Shown one piece after another: positions 8,901 to 15,346 of a DNA stretch of 18,768 nt. The notes under the pieces are model-generated. The model was not told where the DNA came from and searched no databases. It saw only the letters and a list, made by a program, of their open reading frames with translations. Within the stretch, counting starts at the first letter, position 1; the number at the start of each line of letters is the position of its first letter. Location of the stretch: positions 1 to 18,768 of the forward strand of contig CBEVQY010000039.1 of assembly GCA_965552135.1 (NCBI GenBank), read 5' to 3'. Origin of the DNA: an uncultured bacterium (GTDB lineage Bacteria; UBP14; UBA6098; B30-G16). The position numbers were made by a program, and so were the translations under genes.

Positions 8901-10287
8901 ACTCATATACGAGGAGAAGCCGAGGTGGCATAGCAAGACGATCTCATTCGAGGCCTTGGCTTGCGATGAACGAAATAATACCGCCCGCCTATCTGGAAAT
9001 TTTTCCGTGGTCTTTGATCTCACAGGTCCCACGGGCGAGTGTATTTCTCCCGACACGGACTTTGCCGTACCCGACACGACCCCCATTGTTCTTCGCCTAT
9101 GGGACCTTGTGGACAACTGTGAAGGAGGTTTTTACACAGACTCCGCAGGCGTTGTAGACAGCACGGTGGAGCTGATCGTAAACGGGCAGAGGTTCGACAC
9201 AACGTCGCCTGAGCTTTCAGTCACAGCCGGAAAGTTACGGTTCCGCCCGTTGCCGATGTGGTCCACCTATAGGGTTGAGTGGATGCTCAGCAGAGCGGAG
9301 GATAGGTGGGGAAATCCCCTTACCTCGACATCGGCTCTCGCGGGAACATTTTATGTTGCCTTGGACATTGCCACCGCAAGTTCCCTCTGGGCAAGCAGGT
9401 CGGATTCGTTGCTCGATATACTTCCCGATAGCGCCTTCAAAGGCAACGCCGTCGTTCGCCGTTCGTTGCTTAAAGCTGGAATCGACATTGCCCAAAGGCT
9501 GACCTCCCGCGGCCTTTACAACGCCGCGGCGGCCGTGATGCGAATGAACCTCGAACGCACCGACGGTTCGTGCGATGGTTCCACTCGAAATGACTGGGTC
9601 ATTGAGGAATCACAGGAACCACTATATGACTTTGAATCCGAGCTTTTCAGACTGATCCTTTTGGCGCCACTGGGGGAGGCAACCACAAGCTACGAGCGGA
9701 GACTATTTGAAATCGCATACAACATTACCGATTTGGCGTGCTTTGATTTCTCAGGTGATCCTAACAGTCGTAAGCGAAGCCTGTGCTTTTGGATATCCAT
9801 TGCGGACAAGCGTATCGAGCGTGGCAGCTTCTCCGCGGCTGCAGATGTACTCCAACGCAAGGTTCTCAGGAGATGCGACGGCTTCTACGGCGGAGACCCC
9901 GACGACGACGACTGGATCGTAACCCGCGCTGGGCAGGAGCGTGTCTTTCCTTCCCTGCGATGCCTGGTGGACGACTTGCGCGGGTACTCCAGACGAACGC
10001 CTAGAAACCCCGAATATGGACCCGAAACGAGATTGATGACGCCTCTCCCGAACCCATTCAACGCCCAGGTTAAGATACCGTTTTCGCTTTCGCACACAAC
10101 TCACGTTAGAATAGCCATCTACGATGTCCTTGGTAAGCTTATTTCCGTGTTGTTGGACGGTGAACTCCCTGCGGGCCATCACGGCGTTGTGTGGAATGCG
10201 TCGGAAAGGCTGTCGGGTGTCTACTTATGTACGATGACCACAAGCGAAGGCTACATTGGTGTAGTAAAACTCCTTGTCCTAAGATAA
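2977..10287 (+). CDS. Giant secreted multidomain protein: GH51/clan GH-A-like domain, CP-motif domain, FG-GAP (CRTAC1-like) repeats with ASPIC/UnbV, Ig-like repeats, two helical repeats, T9SS C-terminal domain
   Basis: 2436-aa ORF with AGGAGG RBS and signal peptide. GH51-like motifs IRYPGG, GHSEPFNNIKWLLLGND and PIALVEW. Seven DxxxD-type FG-GAP motifs (e.g. GDYNNDGYPD, ADFNNDGYLD). ASPIC-type NNWLEI...AIGVRVTV...GSYTSQN...FGLG...VEWTSG. C-terminal PNPFN...IYDVLGK...WNA...SGVY...KLLVLR. Confidence 0.85.
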   Translation: MMMILALILIVVSILSADTLTVFTTAPSPDTFNLNLFGFALEVGSMPDSEYVANYLATHPDLDFSWLGYKCVLNRTRTAFGLWEIPMDDFSYPSDPANFGHPNMELISKFPKGGVIRYPGGTGSYELPEGHWVLPYFDWKRVVGPLSTTARTFEGLTLPPRLQEFGLAQALILAESLNANVELTYTRFTDTTLYSDGSIDELVEDFEALCQFLWATDDSSPWVQLRHIEGHSEPFNNIKWLLLGNDLSNKYWTDRWSNPPLPNVVDTACWITIDTSFDVWGDDLQRAFYLRWVVRTVDSLLQIYNPNVKLGVQLFIASVTKEEIVLESGVHWVVGNNPFLFLYSCIADSERRDTPIDSIMPPVGDKVDFIGVMLNGWPRGWATKIRSDSTIVIRNHTFYTSSRLRNGIFGDDTLFLYDIDEGRSLEKDVIEIYLATNFWFRSVIQALVDTMRTYIGPHFNKPIALVEWSVDGLAKSIIQLDRTALSAISHLNSILWMQYKSPLKIEFATLLNQEDLAVGFTQMPTELCCAAGTATCDDTTLRFNNCHNATHVAFGEVTDEDTVLIEATGIAFKLFTDEFLLHKPTLVAFDSTQIKIIPIDTFNVYPGTLFAVVIVHDTTDEGIVIERELTFKQFWTAPERFIMAPYYIPVVRVHGESYGLTLRGEIPGVPFTKPVDVSAESLYFIPGGRLTVNFPDTILRFSVQAAVKPDTAFVAIINNQPADTTPLTIILQNRVRGLFYDTAFVSIMYVDTAAWNRWCHKISWRYARHQAMPSPVFAANSAFFDNPEMSLCEGITHIPSIELGSEAIPVEGGNSVCLRLPQYSIVALVKFRRGRLRCPAAFSFSNGNYYFENNILPLSTHPWRTSETDFLKLRHKPTNEGGTYKLQIQELGGVYDFFDRFRLLAVDHTEDSTAAVTTTGKYILYSQTSTIPCAYAETFDGEDITEALSSADGVLYSCDGPGAVDIVFPPLPDASVSNYVAILPPPAKTSEPTVEIWQWSGDDWIKIGSVGARYAADTAYVLLDPAYTFGDSVHLMLTWDVHYEVDAITLAPASIAEPIEFPLISAMHSSGDTVYKNLRGRDASYTGLLPDEYIDLWFVADGGPEPGLVRDFFLQSDGYFLEARFTCVSDSAGLDVPSSGWRGVVWYDYNNDDFQDAAIATPDRFYIFRNNADGTFTPVDDELGIHRERYFCGGVVGDFDNDMDDDIYIHGQLTTTNKSHLYRNDIDSLVDVTDSAVVPGSGNDPCASWCDYDRDGFLDLFVCGASRLYHNNGDGTFTDVTEAAGLYVPENTHSAVWGDYNNDGYPDVFFPSSHFGRHRLFRNEGDGTFVEVTEEALPGNGVPGGHGAIWADFNNDGYLDIYVCSRYSGDQLLINNGDGTFDDVSDSAGLVGESGVVAAAAADYDNDGDLDIYVSKYGGGYNILYNNGNGTFVNVAREAHVDTFSSTHGISWGDYNNDGWMDLLVSPDILYKNLGGDNNWLEIKCIDAGLPGYTNCSAIGVRVTVYAGRNRLMQVVDGGGSYTSQNGRILGFGLGSFDYADSIVVEWTSGLKTVLSRVDANQRLIVYEVRDTLGPVVLEAYPQGCVADLDSLVVVLSDAVPTPDGIVYAPYRVKQQSIVFVADNETLEVGERLRYDRRSGRLVYDVPDSVSSLSWSIISVRDVVGNELENAVSGFTGEGIDTLGPISAAIYPPNNACVGRDEPLRVLVVDTISDCRGDTTSAGAIDVGSIALEVNGKTYTADSVELSYSNGILTFLPVSGWSTAEVAWELVGARDTLGNDLYRASAGLFFVNYDTLPPKVTILEPETRCVDTTQPLLIRIVDTVSTCLGSFSDPTRVDLSAMELLVNGQSYNLSSSEISYDTSAGILMFLPEGGWKDTLVQFELSGIFDVDGNAAEALDSSFSVDVDVMPPVLELIHPTEGCVDTTNYMAFLVYDTFSTCTGEGRTNISEFRLELNGAVFTLDSSQIRYDTVSSILIYEEKPRWHSKTISFEALACDERNNTARLSGNFSVVFDLTGPTGECISPDTDFAVPDTTPIVLRLWDLVDNCEGGFYTDSAGVVDSTVELIVNGQRFDTTSPELSVTAGKLRFRPLPMWSTYRVEWMLSRAEDRWGNPLTSTSALAGTFYVALDIATASSLWASRSDSLLDILPDSAFKGNAVVRRSLLKAGIDIAQRLTSRGLYNAAAAVMRMNLERTDGSCDGSTRNDWVIEESQEPLYDFESELFRLILLAPLGEATTSYERRLFEIAYNITDLACFDFSGDPNSRKRSLCFWISIADKRIERGSFSAAADVLQRKVLRRCDGFYGGDPDDDDWIVTRAGQERVFPSLRCLVDDLRGYSRRTPRNPEYGPETRLMTPLPNPFNAQVKIPFSLSHTTHVRIAIYDVLGKLISVLLDGELPAGHHGVVWNASERLSGVYLCTMTTSEGYIGVVKLLVLR
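3085..3174 (+). repeat. Direct repeat block B, copy 2 (inside the giant gene)
   Basis: Matches 1488-1577 at an offset of 1597 bp. Confidence 0.9.
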
Positions 10288-10301
10288 TCTTTCTGAGTGG
10301 C

Positions 10302-10330
10302 TTGCGGATGACCCCCTCGCTTACTATTAT
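10302..10330 (+). promoter_or_regulatory. Possible sigma70 promoter for the glycosyltransferase-like gene
   Basis: TTGCGG (10302-10307), 17 bp, TATTAT (10325-10330). The ATG is only 9 bp downstream and there is no strong SD, which implies a very short leader. Confidence 0.35.
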
Positions 10331-10339
10331 GGAAGCGAG

Positions 10340-11670
10340 ATGTCTTCTAATGCACACGTGAGGATATGGCATCTGCTTGCGCTTTCGTTCTGCGCCCTGC
10401 TTGCTCGCTGCGCCTTCTACGGCGATTACATAGGGCACGACGATGCGTACATATACTTCCGCTACGCCGAGAACATCGCCCACTGCAAGGGCTGGTCGTT
10501 CAATCCCGGTGAGCCCACTTACGGCACCACAAGCCCCCTTTGGACCTTGGTGCTTGCTGCGGGTGAGGCGCTTGGCGTCGGCGCGCAGGCGGTGGGTGTG
10601 GGCGTATCTCTCGCGGCGCTCGCCGCATTGGTAATAGCTGCGTTCTACTTAGGGAGAACCATCTTCGAAAGCGACGTTTCGGCCTTCGCGTATGCCGCTG
10701 CCGTAAGTTTCGATCCCTGGATATTAAGGTGGTCCGGGACGATAATGGAGACATCTCTTGCCGCCTTCGCTGTCGTCGCCTTCGTGCTGGCTGCGCGGAA
10801 GCTGGGAAGAAAATCTTCGCTGTCTGTGATGGGCGGCGTGATGTATCTTATCCGGCCCGAAACCGGCCTTGTTTGGGCTGGAACGATGCTTTTTCCTCGA
10901 CCGCGGGAGATCGTTAAGAACGCGGCATTTTTCGCGTTACCCGTCTTGCCCTGGGTCGCTTTCGCTGCCGCCGCCTTCGGAAGAGTCTTGCCGAACACCC
11001 TAATTAAAGCGCAGGCGCCGCTGCTCCACCTGTCGCTTAGAACCGCGATACAAATAGGAAAGGTGCTATCGGTTTACATCCCACTTACGGCTTTAGCCGC
11101 AGCTTCTTTAAGCAAAAAGAGTTGGCCGCGCATAAAGGAAATTCTGCCTGAGGTCATAACTGCGGCTTTGTTCGTATTCTACTATATCTGGCGGACGTAC
11201 GGGCTGCAGAGCGCGGCAAGGTACATGGCGCCCATTGGGGGCTTGCTATCTTCGTTGCAACTGCAACGGCGCTCCAGGGAGCGTTGATAATTCCGCGGAT
11301 CGATATGTTCAAGTGGGGGTATCGTGACTCACACATAATCGCTGCCCGGTGGCTCAGAGAGCACTCAGATCCCGATGATAAGATCTTCGTGCTGCTCGAC
11401 GTCGGCATCATAGGGCGTTGGTCGGAGCGGTACATAATCGACTGGGGCAAACTTGTCACACCGTGGATAAGCAAATATCCTGATGTTGAAAGCGCTGTAA
11501 GGGATTTGCACCCAACTTACTTCGTCCACACACAGCGTACTCGGCCGTTGGAGGCCCTCGAGAAGTATCCGTCGCTTCCTTTGGTGCCCGTTATGGAGTT
11601 CGTGATGCCGCCGACGGGGGTCAGCAAAACCCAGTTTGCCTACACCGCCATTTACAGGCTCGGCAGGTAA
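10340..11670 (+). pseudogene. GT-C-fold membrane glycosyltransferase-like gene split by a frameshift (ORFs 10340-11287 and 11284-11670)
   Basis: DDAYIYFRYAENI...G.SFNPGE...GTTSPLW, MET, RPE and RYxxP motifs with many hydrophobic helices. The second frame continues with GLAIFVATATALQGALIIP and the typical C-terminal WLREH...DVGIIG...IIDWGKLVTP. One extra G in the G5 run at 11237-11241 would give a single 443-aa ORF. A sequencing error is possible. Confidence 0.7.
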
Positions 11671-11673
11671 ATT

Positions 11674-11701
11674 AAGCGCCATAAGATACCTTATGTAAAC
11701 T
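11674..11701 (+). other. dif-like XerC/XerD recombination site
   Basis: 11-6-11 layout AAGCGCCATAA-GATACC-TTATGTAAACT. The right arm equals the Bacillus subtilis dif XerD-side arm as I recall it. The left arm ends in CATAA like E. coli dif GGTGCGCATAA. The site is intergenic. Confidence 0.75.
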
Positions 11702-11870
11702 TGTTGCCCTGCACCGCGAAACCTGGAACAGCTGGAATACCTCCCTCCACTCCAACACGTGCCTCACGAATGCTCGCCAGAAGAACGCCGCCACAGCGTT
11801 CAACAAAAAGGTGGCGCAACGGTTCTGGGATCAGCATTTTTTGTAGAGGGCAGGAACTGGGAGGCGATAG

Positions 11871-12161
11871 ATGGAGGATCTTTTCGGGGAGAAAGGGCCC
11901 GCCGACAACGGCGCAGAAAAGCGCGAGCACAAGGAGCCGGAGTCGTTCGAGGCGGCTTTGGAGGAGCTCGAGCAGATCGTTGCCAAGCTCGATTCGGGCG
12001 AACTTCCACTTGAAGAATCGGTCACAATGTTCGAGCGCGCTCAGTTTTTGGTCCAGTGGTGCCAGAGCAAGCTCGATAAGATCGAGGGGAAGCTAAAGCT
12101 CCTCGTGCCCGACGGCGAAGGAGGATTCCTCCTTGAGGACGTTGACGATATTGGCGGTTAG
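11871..12161 (+). CDS. xseB: Exodeoxyribonuclease VII small subunit
   Basis: SFEAALEELEQIVAKLDSGELPLEESVTMFERAQFLVQWCQSKL is the XseB signature. GGGAGG RBS at 11859-11864. Confidence 0.92.
   Translation: MEDLFGEKGPADNGAEKREHKEPESFEAALEELEQIVAKLDSGELPLEESVTMFERAQFLVQWCQSKLDKIEGKLKLLVPDGEGGFLLEDVDDIGG
12118..12134 (+). promoter_or_regulatory. Shine-Dalgarno sequence inside a perfect hairpin
   Basis: AAGGAGG-ATT-CCTCCTT. The 3' arm includes the first two bases of the TTG start at 12133. Confidence 0.6.
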
Positions 12162-13653
12162 TCTCTCTGCCGTCTGCGCCGCTCGAGTCGACTCGATAAG
12201 GGTCACTGTCCACGAGCCGTATCCCGAGGCGAAAGGAATTGCGGGGTTCGTGTATTCCGTTCTCAACCTCGTCCACGTAAACAGCAAGGCGGGGACGGTG
12301 CTGCGCCTGTGCCCACTATCGGTGGGCGATACGGTGAACCAAAGCCTCCTGCGCGAGACGGAGAGGATCCTGCGCTCCTATCCGTTCTGGTGCGATGCAG
12401 AGGCGCAGATGGAATCGACAACGCTTGCAATCGACGTCCAGGACGCGTGGACGACAAAGCTTGAAGCATCCCTCCGCTACATCGCAGCGGAGACCGAATG
12501 GTCGGTCGCGCTCGAGGAGGAAAATCTTCTGGGGCTTGGTGCATACCTCTCCGCGGGATTCGCTCATTACATCGAGGGGAACTGGGCGGAGCTTTCGGGA
12601 AAACTGTATGGCTTCCCGACGAAGGACCTCTCCCCCTCCCTCTCCTTCCGCAAAAGGAACGGGGAATGGAAGTGGGCGCTCTCCCTCAAGAGCACTTCCG
12701 ACAGCGAGCTTGCGCACTTGATCATCTTTTCCGATGTTGCGGCGGGGAGCACCTCCGTCCCGCGGTTTGCGAGCGGCGCGACCCCGGTGGATAGCCTCAA
12801 CGCACGCAGGTGGCGTGGCTCCGCGGAGGCTCTGGTTAGGTTCGGGGACGTGCTTGGCGGAGTTGGCGCCCACTATCGCCTGGCGAGCCTTCACGCAACA
12901 ACGCTGCCCGACACCGGATACGCCGTTGTTGCCGCCGCCTGCCGCCTGTGCCTGCTTGGGCGCGCCTTCCGCCAGATGCGCAACGTGGACAACCTCGCCC
13001 GCGCCGAGGACATCCCCACGGGCGTGTTGATCGATGTGGCTGCGGGCGCAGCCGTGGAAACCAACGCGAACGAAGTATCGCCGCTTTTTGCTCTGAGGCT
13101 TGGGGCAGCCACCGACCTCGGTTGTGTCTACGGCGCAGCTTCGCTGGACGCACGGATCGAGCCGTTCGAGCAAAGCCTCGCGCTTTCGGCGCGCGCGTTT
13201 GCACCAACAAAGCCACAAAGCCCCTGGCGGATAGGGGTAGCCGCGGACCTATGGCGCATAAGCTCCGCTTTCGGCGAGAAGTTCATCGTTGCCGACGACA
13301 GAACGGGCTTTCGGGGGTTGCCCGCCTACTTCGCCGTCTGCGACTGGAACGAAACACAAACTCTCCTCAAGCTTTCCGCGGAGGCGAGGCTTTTTCCAAA
13401 CGTGGAGGTTTTCACCTTCAGACTTGGGCTCGCCGCCTTCGCGGACGCAGGATACCTCCCCTCTCAGGACGAGGCGCTCGTGGACTTCGGCGTTGGTGTG
13501 CGTATATGCTCCACACGCGCCGCAAGAGGCAGCATAACGAGAGCCGAGGTATCCTATAGCCCTCAGACGGGAAAGGTTGGGTTCACCCTGAGCACGGGGC
13601 AGGCGTTCTCCTTCTACCTGCCATTGGGCATATCCCCGCTTTTTACGGACTGA
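12133..13653 (+). CDS. Omp85 (BamA/TamA-like) outer-membrane protein with a POTRA-like N-terminal domain
   Basis: Signal peptide, then the POTRA-like NLVHVNSK...VGD...LRETERILR...DAWT. EENLLGLG marks the barrel start. GFRGLP (VRGY-like) motif, AAFADAG, DFGVGVR and terminal amphipathic strands ending GQAF. Confidence 0.7.
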   Translation: MRTLTILAVSLSAVCAARVDSIRVTVHEPYPEAKGIAGFVYSVLNLVHVNSKAGTVLRLCPLSVGDTVNQSLLRETERILRSYPFWCDAEAQMESTTLAIDVQDAWTTKLEASLRYIAAETEWSVALEEENLLGLGAYLSAGFAHYIEGNWAELSGKLYGFPTKDLSPSLSFRKRNGEWKWALSLKSTSDSELAHLIIFSDVAAGSTSVPRFASGATPVDSLNARRWRGSAEALVRFGDVLGGVGAHYRLASLHATTLPDTGYAVVAAACRLCLLGRAFRQMRNVDNLARAEDIPTGVLIDVAAGAAVETNANEVSPLFALRLGAATDLGCVYGAASLDARIEPFEQSLALSARAFAPTKPQSPWRIGVAADLWRISSAFGEKFIVADDRTGFRGLPAYFAVCDWNETQTLLKLSAEARLFPNVEVFTFRLGLAAFADAGYLPSQDEALVDFGVGVRICSTRAARGSITRAEVSYSPQTGKVGFTLSTGQAFSFYLPLGISPLFTD

Positions 13654-14219
13654 CACCTGTACATAAGGGCGGTGTTGTGCCTGTCGACAAGCTCGACGGC
13701 TTGTTTAATGGATATTTCGTGTTGGTTTGGCTTTGGCGGGCTGTGATGTCGGATGTAGCTGGAGAGCGCCCCGATGATCACGCCGATCCCTGCCGTGCCC
13801 ATCACGACGGCGCCCGCGATGTCGACGGTTGAGGGCACCTCGGTCGACCAGATGCGCCTGCCCCACCAGATGCTCCCGACCATCATGGCAGCGCCCAGCG
13901 GGACACCGACCACAAGCTGTATCGTGCTTCGGCGACGAAGGCTTTGGCGCTCGGCTGCCAGCCTGCGCGCAAGATCATCCTGACCGACGAGGGCAAGGAG
14001 CTCATCGTCGGTTAAAACACCCTCGGCGTTGCGTGCAAACCACGTGACGTCGTCTCGCGCAAAGTCGCCTATGCTGTGACCGCTTCTCACCCAGCCCGAC
14101 TTCGTCTCAAACACGTCCGCCTTACCGCCAACTCGAACCACAAGCCAGATCTTTTGGGCGTCGTAGCACTCCCCCGCCAAAAGCCCGCCGCAGAGCAAAA
14201 GAACAAAAACAAGCGCCAT
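13614..14219 (-). CDS. Hypothetical exported or membrane protein (~201 aa)
   Basis: Start reassigned to the ATG at 14219 (MALVFVLLLCGGLLA signal peptide, AAGGAAGG RBS upstream), which removes the overlap with the divergent gene. Two Gly-rich hydrophobic helices lie near the C-terminus. Confidence 0.7.
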   Translation of the reverse strand: MALVFVLLLCGGLLAGECYDAQKIWLVVRVGGKADVFETKSGWVRSGHSIGDFARDDVTWFARNAEGVLTDDELLALVGQDDLARRLAAERQSLRRRSTIQLVVGVPLGAAMMVGSIWWGRRIWSTEVPSTVDIAGAVVMGTAGIGVIIGALSSYIRHHSPPKPNQHEISIKQAVELVDRHNTALMYRCQSVKSGDMPNGR

Positions 14220-14231
14220 CCGAAACCTTCC

Positions 14232-14279
14232 TTGCAAGATGAGCCGATGCAGTTTATATTGGCAACGGCTGCGAGGCAA
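14232..14279. promoter_or_regulatory. Overlapping divergent sigma70-type promoters
   Basis: Plus strand: TTGCAA (14232-14237), 17 bp, TATATT (14255-14260). Minus strand: TTGCCT (14279-14274), 17 bp, TAAACT (14256-14251). Confidence 0.5.
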
Positions 14280-14286
14280 GGGAGTT

Positions 14287-15246
14287 ATGGTCGATTTCTT
14301 CGAGACGCTTTCCAGGTTTCTGCGCGGGGAGCTTTGTGGCGAGCGCATCTTTGGCGGCTCGCGGCGCAGGTTCTACCGAATTCAGTTCGGCGCAGAAAGC
14401 TACATAATCATGCGCGACGACGACGCCACCGAGGCGTCGCGATATGCGCGGCTGCTCGCCAACCTCCGCAGACGCGGCGTCCCGGTCCCAGAAGTGTACG
14501 CCGTCGACGAGTCCGCTGGCGCCCTGGTGATGGAGGACGTCGGAACTGTATCGCTCTACGATTGGTTCACCCGTACGGGCGATGCGCAGCCGTACTTCCG
14601 CGCCGTAAGAGCCCTCTGCAGAATCCACGCCCTGGGCGACGTCCCGGGGCAGGTTGTGACGGAGTTCGACGTACCCGACCTCATGTTCGAAACGCAGTAC
14701 TTCGCCCGCCATCTCCTGATGGGCTACTGCGGCTTTCCGCCGGGCGCCGTGGACCAGCTTTTGGACGAGTTCGCCGCACTCGCCGAAGCCGCCGCAACAT
14801 CCCCAAAAGGACTTATGCACCGCGACTTCCAGTCGCAGAACATCTTCGTCGTCCCCGGGGGCGTGAGGGTGATAGACTTCCAGGGGGCGCGCAGGGGACT
14901 TAGGGCTTACGACATCGCCTCGCTGCTCGAGGACCCGTACGTCCGGCTGCCGCAGCAGCTGAAGAGGGCACTCCTCAACGAGTACTTCACGCACTCAGAG
15001 CTCGCGCCCCACGAGCAAAGGCGCTTTGTGAACTCATATCCCTACGCTGCCCTGCAGCGCCTTCTGCAGGCAGCTGCCGCGTTCGCGTACCTGTCGAGGG
15101 TTGAGGGCAAGTGGTGGTTCGAGCGCTTCATACCCTCCGCTCTCGCAAGGGCAAAGGCGCTCTCGCAGTACCTCGGAGAGTTCCCAGCTATCCTGGGCGT
15201 CCTGAGCGAGGCGGAAAGCCTTTTGGCGAAAGGTCCGCTCCGCTAA
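14287..15246 (+). CDS. APH-family phosphotransferase, AmgK (anomeric MurNAc/GlcNAc kinase)-like
   Basis: GSRRRFYRI, MEDVG, HRDFQSQNI, VIDFQGAR, YDIASLLEDPY and QRLLQA...FAYL...GK motifs. The ATG at 14287 follows AAGGGAG and is preferred over 14239. Confidence 0.8.
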   Translation: MVDFFETLSRFLRGELCGERIFGGSRRRFYRIQFGAESYIIMRDDDATEASRYARLLANLRRRGVPVPEVYAVDESAGALVMEDVGTVSLYDWFTRTGDAQPYFRAVRALCRIHALGDVPGQVVTEFDVPDLMFETQYFARHLLMGYCGFPPGAVDQLLDEFAALAEAAATSPKGLMHRDFQSQNIFVVPGGVRVIDFQGARRGLRAYDIASLLEDPYVRLPQQLKRALLNEYFTHSELAPHEQRRFVNSYPYAALQRLLQAAAAFAYLSRVEGKWWFERFIPSALARAKALSQYLGEFPAILGVLSEAESLLAKGPLR

Positions 15247-15346
15247 AACCCCCAAGGCTTGGCGGGATAAAACTTTTCCTTGCGCGGACGTCCAAAGCCC
15301 CTAATTTTATGCTGCTTAGTTTGGCTGAAGAAACCGGAGGTACGCG

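Noticed and set aside
11691..12096. ORFs 11701-12096 (+) and 11691-11930 (-)
   Set aside because: They overlap xseB and the dif-like site, and show no recognisable motifs or RBS.
12316..13218. 300-aa minus-strand ORF
   Set aside because: It is antisense to the Omp85-like gene in GC-rich DNA and has no protein-like features.
14220..14348. Longer N-termini given by the ORF track (starts at 14348 minus and 14239 plus)
   Set aside because: They would overlap each other and the promoters. The downstream ATGs at 14219 and 14287 have good SD sequences.
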